In this document: one piece after another, positions 58,699-64,000 of the stretch
Numbering within the stretch: the stretch's first letter is position 1
Layout: the number at the start of each line of letters is the position of its first letter
From: an uncultured Chloroflexia bacterium
GTDB lineage: Bacteria > Chloroflexota > Limnocylindria > QHBO01
DNA: 64,000 bases
Assembly: GCA_963825525.1 (NCBI GenBank)
Contig: CAWGTN010000002.1
Location: 576,001 to 640,000 of the forward strand
Reading direction: 5' to 3'
The notes under the pieces: model-generated
Seen by the model: only the letters and a program-made list of their open reading frames with translations
The model's database searches: none
What the model was told of the DNA's origin: nothing
Program-made: the position numbers and the translations under genes

Positions 58699-60012
58699 AT
58701 GTCCTTTTCCGAGCTCGGGCTGCGGCCCGAACTGCTGCGTGCCATCGCCGATTCCGGCTACGACACGCCCACCCCCGTCCAGACCGAGGCGATCCCGATC
58801 GTCCTCGCCGGACGCGACCTCATGGCCGGCGCCCAGACCGGCACCGGCAAGACGGCGGCCTTCGTGCTGCCGATCCTCCAGCGCCTGCATGCCTCGCCCG
58901 TCGAGCTCGACCGCCGAGCCGTCCGCGCACTCATCCTGGTCCCGACCCGCGAGCTGGCGATCCAGGTCGAGGAGAGCGTCCAGACCTACGGGAAGTACGC
59001 TCCACTGCGCTCGGTCGCCGTCTACGGCGGCGCGAGCCTGCCCGATCAGCTCCGCGAGCTCGATGCCGGTGCCGAGATCGTCGTCGCCACCCCGGGCCGC
59101 CTGCTAGATCTCGTGTGGCGCGGCTCGATCGACTTCGGCGCCGTGGAGTTCCTGGTCCTCGACGAGGCCGATCGGATGCTCGATATGGGCTTCATCGACG
59201 ACATCAGCACGATCATCGGCCTCCTGCCGGCCGAGCGTCAGAGCCTGCTCTTCTCGGCGACGTTCCCCGAGGCCATCCGACGACTGACCAAGAAGCTGCT
59301 GAACGACCCCGCCACCGTGCAGGTGACCCCACCGAACTCGACCACGACCCTGGTCGAGCACGTCGTCCTGCGGGTCGAGGACTCACGCAAGCGCGAGACG
59401 CTCAGCCACCTGATCTCGAGCGGGCACATCACCTCGGCCCTTGTCTTCGTGCGAACCAAGCATGGAGCTGATCGGCTGACCAACCAGCTCGCACGCGATG
59501 GCGTGCGAGTGGCCGCCATTCACGGCGACCGAGCACAGTCCCAGCGCATCGCCGCGCTCGAGGACTTCAAGGCGGGGCGCGTCCATGTGCTGGTGGCCAC
59601 CGAGGTGGCTGCGCGTGGCATCGACATCGATGCCCTCCCCTACGTCGTGAATTACGACCTGCCGCGGTCCGCGGAGGATTACGTCCATCGCATCGGTCGG
59701 ACCGGGCGTGCGGGCGTCGACGGCGTGGCCATCTCGCTGGTTTCGGAGCTTGAGCTTCCGTACCTCCACGACATCGAGAAACTCATCGGGCGACCGATCC
59801 AGGTCGAGACCGTGCCCGGCGTCGTGCGCCATGCCGGCACGCGTGACGAGCGGCCGGTCACCCGGAGCCCGCGCCACACCAACCGCGACACATCCCGTCC
59901 CGGGGGATACCGTTCTCGTCAGACGGAGCCGCGACATGCGAGTCGGTCATCATCCGGCGCGCGTCGTGGCGCATGGACGCCGCTGCCCGGGGAGCGCGCC
60001 TCCAACGGCTAA
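58699..60012 (+). CDS. DEAD-box RNA helicase (RhlE-like)
   Basis: PTPVQ, AQTGTGKT, PTRELA, TPGRL, DEAD, SAT, ARGID, HRIGRTGR. Confidence 0.96.
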   Translation: MSFSELGLRPELLRAIADSGYDTPTPVQTEAIPIVLAGRDLMAGAQTGTGKTAAFVLPILQRLHASPVELDRRAVRALILVPTRELAIQVEESVQTYGKYAPLRSVAVYGGASLPDQLRELDAGAEIVVATPGRLLDLVWRGSIDFGAVEFLVLDEADRMLDMGFIDDISTIIGLLPAERQSLLFSATFPEAIRRLTKKLLNDPATVQVTPPNSTTTLVEHVVLRVEDSRKRETLSHLISSGHITSALVFVRTKHGADRLTNQLARDGVRVAAIHGDRAQSQRIAALEDFKAGRVHVLVATEVAARGIDIDALPYVVNYDLPRSAEDYVHRIGRTGRAGVDGVAISLVSELELPYLHDIEKLIGRPIQVETVPGVVRHAGTRDERPVTRSPRHTNRDTSRPGGYRSRQTEPRHASRSSSGARRGAWTPLPGERASNG

Positions 60013-60419
60013 CCCTCGCCTCTCGCCTTGCCCCGGTGCAGGTGTCTGCGGAGGCCGTCGCTGCGTGCCTCATCGGCGCGGCGAACCAGGCCGAGCAGGA
60101 TGTATCCGTAGATCACGAGCAGGACGATTCCGAGTGGCTGGAGCGTCGCGATGAGCACGACGCCGGCCGCCATCCCGGCGATCGCCACGACGTGCGCGAT
60201 CGGCCTGGTGAAGGACGTCTCGCTCAGCGCGGCCCACAGGTGGATGGCCGATGCGAGGACGAGACCGCCGGCCATTGGCGCCACGTCGCCAAGGGACACC
60301 ACCCACACCCGTCGGCCGTCCATGGGCGGATTCATCCCCACGATGATGCCGGCCGCGTACACCAGCATGGCGATGCCCAGCAGCGCCATGGCGGTCGTTC
60401 GACCCTCGGTCATCTGCAT
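60009..60419 (-). CDS. Hypothetical membrane protein
   Basis: GGAGG RBS; four hydrophobic segments. Confidence 0.6.
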   Translation of the reverse strand: MQMTEGRTTAMALLGIAMLVYAAGIIVGMNPPMDGRRVWVVSLGDVAPMAGGLVLASAIHLWAALSETSFTRPIAHVVAIAGMAAGVVLIATLQPLGIVLLVIYGYILLGLVRRADEARSDGLRRHLHRGKARGEG

Positions 60420-60520
60420 CCCTCCCTCATCGCCGCGGTCGCGTCGATCGTGCGCCAATGCTCCATCGCCGGTCAAGGATCGCTGACCCGCTGGCGCTGG
60501 CCCGATGCGACAATCTCGAG

Positions 60521-61027
60521 ATGAGCAGCGCCCTTCCGCGAACCGTGTCGGCAATCATCCGCGACGGCTCGCGGCTGCTCCTGGTCCAGGAGCAGGGCAT
60601 CGACAACCGCAAGCCGACCTGGATGCTTCCCGGCGGTCGAGTGGCGTACGGTGAGCGCTCCGAGGCGGCGCTGCGCCGCGAGGTCCTCGAGGAGACCGGC
60701 CTGACGGTCACCGGTGCCCCGAACCTCGCGTTCAGCGTCGAGATCGATTCGCAGCTGGCGGACCTGGTCGGCCGGTGGCAGGCGCTGACGTATGTCTGCG
60801 AGGCGGATGGGGCGATCGAGCCCGCCGATCCCGAGGGCCTGATCCGGACCGCCGAATGGGTCGAGGTCGCCGAAGCCCTTGAGCACCTCGCCGCCGTCGA
60901 GTGGTACGACGCCGAGCCGCTCCGATCCTTCCTTGAGGGCGATGCGCCCGATGGCTCCGCTTGGCGCTACCGGCTCACCGGCCGCCGCGGTGCCGCGCTC
61001 CGAACCGTGGCTGAGCGGACCGGCTAG
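60521..61027 (+). CDS. NUDIX hydrolase
   Basis: Nudix box WMLPGGRVAYGERSEAALRREVLEETGL. Confidence 0.92.
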   Translation: MSSALPRTVSAIIRDGSRLLLVQEQGIDNRKPTWMLPGGRVAYGERSEAALRREVLEETGLTVTGAPNLAFSVEIDSQLADLVGRWQALTYVCEADGAIEPADPEGLIRTAEWVEVAEALEHLAAVEWYDAEPLRSFLEGDAPDGSAWRYRLTGRRGAALRTVAERTG

Positions 61028-63049
61028 CCGGCCTCAGCGGCCATGGTCGGCCTTGACCGCAGCTTCAGCCCCCGCAACAGCTGGGCGTTCGCTGCCACCA
61101 CGATGGTCGAGATGCTCATGGCGAGCGCGCCCACGCTCATCGGCAGGATGAATCCCCAGGGCGCGAACAGCCCCGCCGCGACCGGGATGGCCAGGGCGTT
61201 GTAGCCGGTGGCCCAGACGAGGTTCTGGACCATTTTCCGGTAGCTGGCGCGGGACAGCTCGATGGCACCCACGACGTCGCGCGGGTCATCGCTGACCAGC
61301 ACGATCCCCGCCGATTCGACCGCCACGTCCGTTCCGGCGCCGATGGCGATCCCGACATCGGCCTGGGCCAGGGCGGGCGCATCGTTGACGCCATCACCGA
61401 CCATGGCCACCGTCTCTCCGCCCGCCTGGAATCGTCTGACTGCCGCGGCCTTGTCGGCCGGCAGGACCTGCGCGGCAACCTCGTCGATCCCGATCCGGGA
61501 CGCCACCGAATCGGCGACGGCCTGCGAGTCGCCGGTGATCATCGCCACGCGCACGCCGATGCTGTGCAGCCGCTTCACGGCTTCGATCGACTCCGGCCGA
61601 ATCTCGTCCTCGACGGATATGGCACCGAGCACCTTGCCGCCCCGGATCACGGTCATCACCGTCCGGCCGGCTGCGGCCCAGCCCGCGGTCACGCCGTCGA
61701 GGGTCGACGGATGCTCCAGCCCAAGCTCCTCGAGGAGCCGGGGGCCGCCCACGTGGACGACGTCACCGCCGATGGTCGCCTTCGCGCCGCGGCCGGCAAG
61801 GTTCTCGAATCCTGTGGCGGGATGCGGTTCCACACCTCGGGTCTCGGCCCCGGCAACGATCGCTCGGGCCAGCGGATGCTCGCTGTCCAGCTCGACGCCG
61901 GCCGCCAGGGCCAGGACCTCGCGCTCATCCACGCTCGGTGCGGATGCCACCGCGGACAGCACCGGCTCGCCGCGCGTCAGTGTGCCCGTCTTGTCGAAGA
62001 TCACGGTCCGGATGTCCTTGGCGCGCTCCAGGGCCAGCCGATCCTTCACGAGCAGTCCATTCCGCGCCCCGAGCGTGGTGCTGATGGCGATGACCAGCGG
62101 GATCGCCAGCCCCAGGGCATGCGGGCAGGCGATCACGAGGACGGTGGCGGTCCGGATGAGTGCCTGCTCCGGGCTGCCGAGCAGCGTCCAGATCCCGAGC
62201 GTGAGCACGCCCGCAACCAGGGCCACGTAGAAGAGGATGGCGGCCGCACGATCGGCCAATGCCTGCGCCCGGCTGTTCGATGCCTGCGCCTCGGCGACGA
62301 GACGCATGATGCCCGACAGCGCCGTGCCCTCGCCGACGGCCGTGATCCGGATTCGCAGGCTGCCGCCCGCCGCCACGGTCCCCGCCACCACCGGGTCGCC
62401 CGGCTCCCTGGTGACGGTGCGCGACTCGCCGGTGATCATCGACTCGTCGACATCGGCGACACCCTCGACAACCTCGCCATCGGCAGGCACGCGCGCTCCC
62501 GGTCGGACGAGGACCACGTCGCCGATGCCGAGGGCGGCGGTCTTGACGGTCTCGAGTCCCCCATCGGTCACGCGCTCGGCCTCATCGGGAAGGAGCTCCG
62601 CCAGGGCGCTGAGCGCGCCGCGCGCCTGCATGATCGAGCGCATCTCGATCCAGTGGCCCAGGCTCATGACCGAGATCAGGGTGGCGAGCTCCCACCACAC
62701 ATCGATCTCGAAGACGCCGATGGTCGCCGCCCAGCTGGTGACGAAGGCGACGAGGATCGCCATGCTGATGAGCGTCATCATTCCCGGCTGCCGATCGCCG
62801 AGCTCCGTGCGGGCGCCGTCGAGGAAGACCTTGCCGCCGTAGAGGAAGACGATGGTGCCGAGGATCGGGTGGGATCCAGTCGGATCCGGCGAACGCCGGC
62901 GCGGTGTAGCCGAGCCACATCTGGACCTCGTGGCTCCAGATCACTACCGGGATTGTCAGCAGAGCGACGATCCAGAACTGGCGGCGAAAGACGTCCGGGT
63001 CATGACCGGCATGCTTGTCGTGGCCGCCGTGCTGCGCGTGGTCGTTCAC
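61024..63049 (-). CDS. copB: Copper-translocating P1B-type ATPase, CopB-like (frameshift near 62870)
   Basis: His-rich N-terminus HAQHGGHDKHAGH, TGES, CPHALG, DKTGT, SEHP, GDGVNDAP, YN and MSIST. Confidence 0.92.
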
Positions 63050-63121
63050 GACACCCGATTGTAGAGAGCCGGCGGCGTCCGCGACCAATCCGGCGTCGGC
63101 TGCTGGGTAGACTGCGGCATC

Positions 63122-63976
63122 GTGCTGACCGTAGTTCTGGCCCTGGGCGCCGCACTCATGTATGGGCTGTCCGACTTCATCGGCGGCCTGCTCTCACGAC
63201 GGACGTCGGCGTGGGCGGTTGCGATCGTCACGCAGGTCACGGCCGTGGTCGCCGTCGGCCTTGCCGCGGTTGTCCTGGGCGGCTCGCCGACGGGTACCGA
63301 CCTGCTCTGGGGTGCGTTCGCCGGCATCGGCACCGGGGGTGGGACGGCGTTTCTGTATCGCGGCCTTGCGAGCGGACGCATGGGGGTGGTGGCTCCCCTC
63401 TCGGCCGTGGGCGCGGCGCTTCTGCCGGTGGCGGTCGGTGTGGTCACCGGCGAACGGCCGTCGGTCATGGTGTGGGTGGGCATCGCCCTCGCCTTCCCGG
63501 CCATCTGGCTCATCAGTACCTCGGGTGATGGTTCGAGCGACGAGGCGACCTCCGCGCCAAGGCGGTTGCCCGCCGGCGTCGTGGACGGCCTGCTGGCCGG
63601 CCTCGGCTTCGGCCTCATGTTCGCGGCACTCGGACAGGTGCCCGACAGCGCCGGCCTGGCGCCACTTGCCGCGGCCGAGGGAGTGTCGATCCTGGTCATC
63701 ATCGGCCTGGCCCTGGCGTTCGGTCAGTCGTGGGTGCCGAGAGATCGGGTGAGCCTCGGCGGGATCGTGGTCGGGGCCACGGCCGCGGTGGCGGCCGTGC
63801 TCTTCCTGTTCGCGAGCCAGGCGGGACTCCTGGCGGTTGCCTCGGTCCTGTCCTCGCTGTATCCCGCCTTCACCGTCCTGCTCGCCGCGGTCGTGCTCCA
63901 TGAGCGAGTGCACCGCTCGCAGGGCATCGGCCTCGTGCTCGCGCTGGCGGCCGTGGCGATGGTGGCGGCCGGATGA
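63122..63976 (+). CDS. DMT/EamA family transporter
   Basis: YGLSDFIGG, LYRGLASGRMGVVAP, LSSLYPAFTVLLA. Confidence 0.9.
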   Translation: MLTVVLALGAALMYGLSDFIGGLLSRRTSAWAVAIVTQVTAVVAVGLAAVVLGGSPTGTDLLWGAFAGIGTGGGTAFLYRGLASGRMGVVAPLSAVGAALLPVAVGVVTGERPSVMVWVGIALAFPAIWLISTSGDGSSDEATSAPRRLPAGVVDGLLAGLGFGLMFAALGQVPDSAGLAPLAAAEGVSILVIIGLALAFGQSWVPRDRVSLGGIVVGATAAVAAVLFLFASQAGLLAVASVLSSLYPAFTVLLAAVVLHERVHRSQGIGLVLALAAVAMVAAG

Positions 63977-64000
63977 CGCGGCAGACGATCCGTGCGGTGA

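Noticed and set aside
63973-64000. Start of a further ORF (MTRQTIRAV) overlapping the EamA stop
   Set aside because: Probably real, but only 9 codons lie in the window, too little to assign

Overview
High-GC bacterial chromosomal segment, mostly housekeeping and metabolic. Gene style and the many leaderless genes suggest Chloroflexota (possibly Limnocylindria) or an actinobacterial-like lineage; this placement is inference. Main content, left to right: a Bacillus-type branched-chain 2-oxoacid dehydrogenase operon (lpdA-E1a-E1b-E2) with lipA/lipB; an ArsR-SRPBCC-SRPBCC-DUF6855 unit with a tandem palindromic operator; ggt; a NodIJ-like ABC exporter; and a 12-gene, largely translationally coupled glycerol/dihydroxyacetone operon (glpF-dhaK-dhaL-glpK-dhaM-plsY-ptsH-ptsI-pgsA-glpABC) that embeds phospholipid-synthesis genes and its own EI/HPr. 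Further right are a His-rich GDFAxGQ-repeat microprotein, ndh, an orphan aceE, a sigma70-driven sORF-DUF2089-DUF4097-SHOCT operon, a GH13 glucosidase, a KimA/YdaO-like APC permease, a tRNA-Arg(UCG) with a small accessory patch at its 3' side, an FtsX-type ABC transporter, CAP, Crp and receiver proteins, a DEAD-box helicase and a CopB-type ATPase. Intergenic DNA holds three unrelated families of fixed-geometry palindromic elements (124-125 bp, 131 bp, and a 14/36/14 doublet). No transposase or CRISPR-Cas was found. Several single-base frameshifts look like long-read assembly errors rather than biology.
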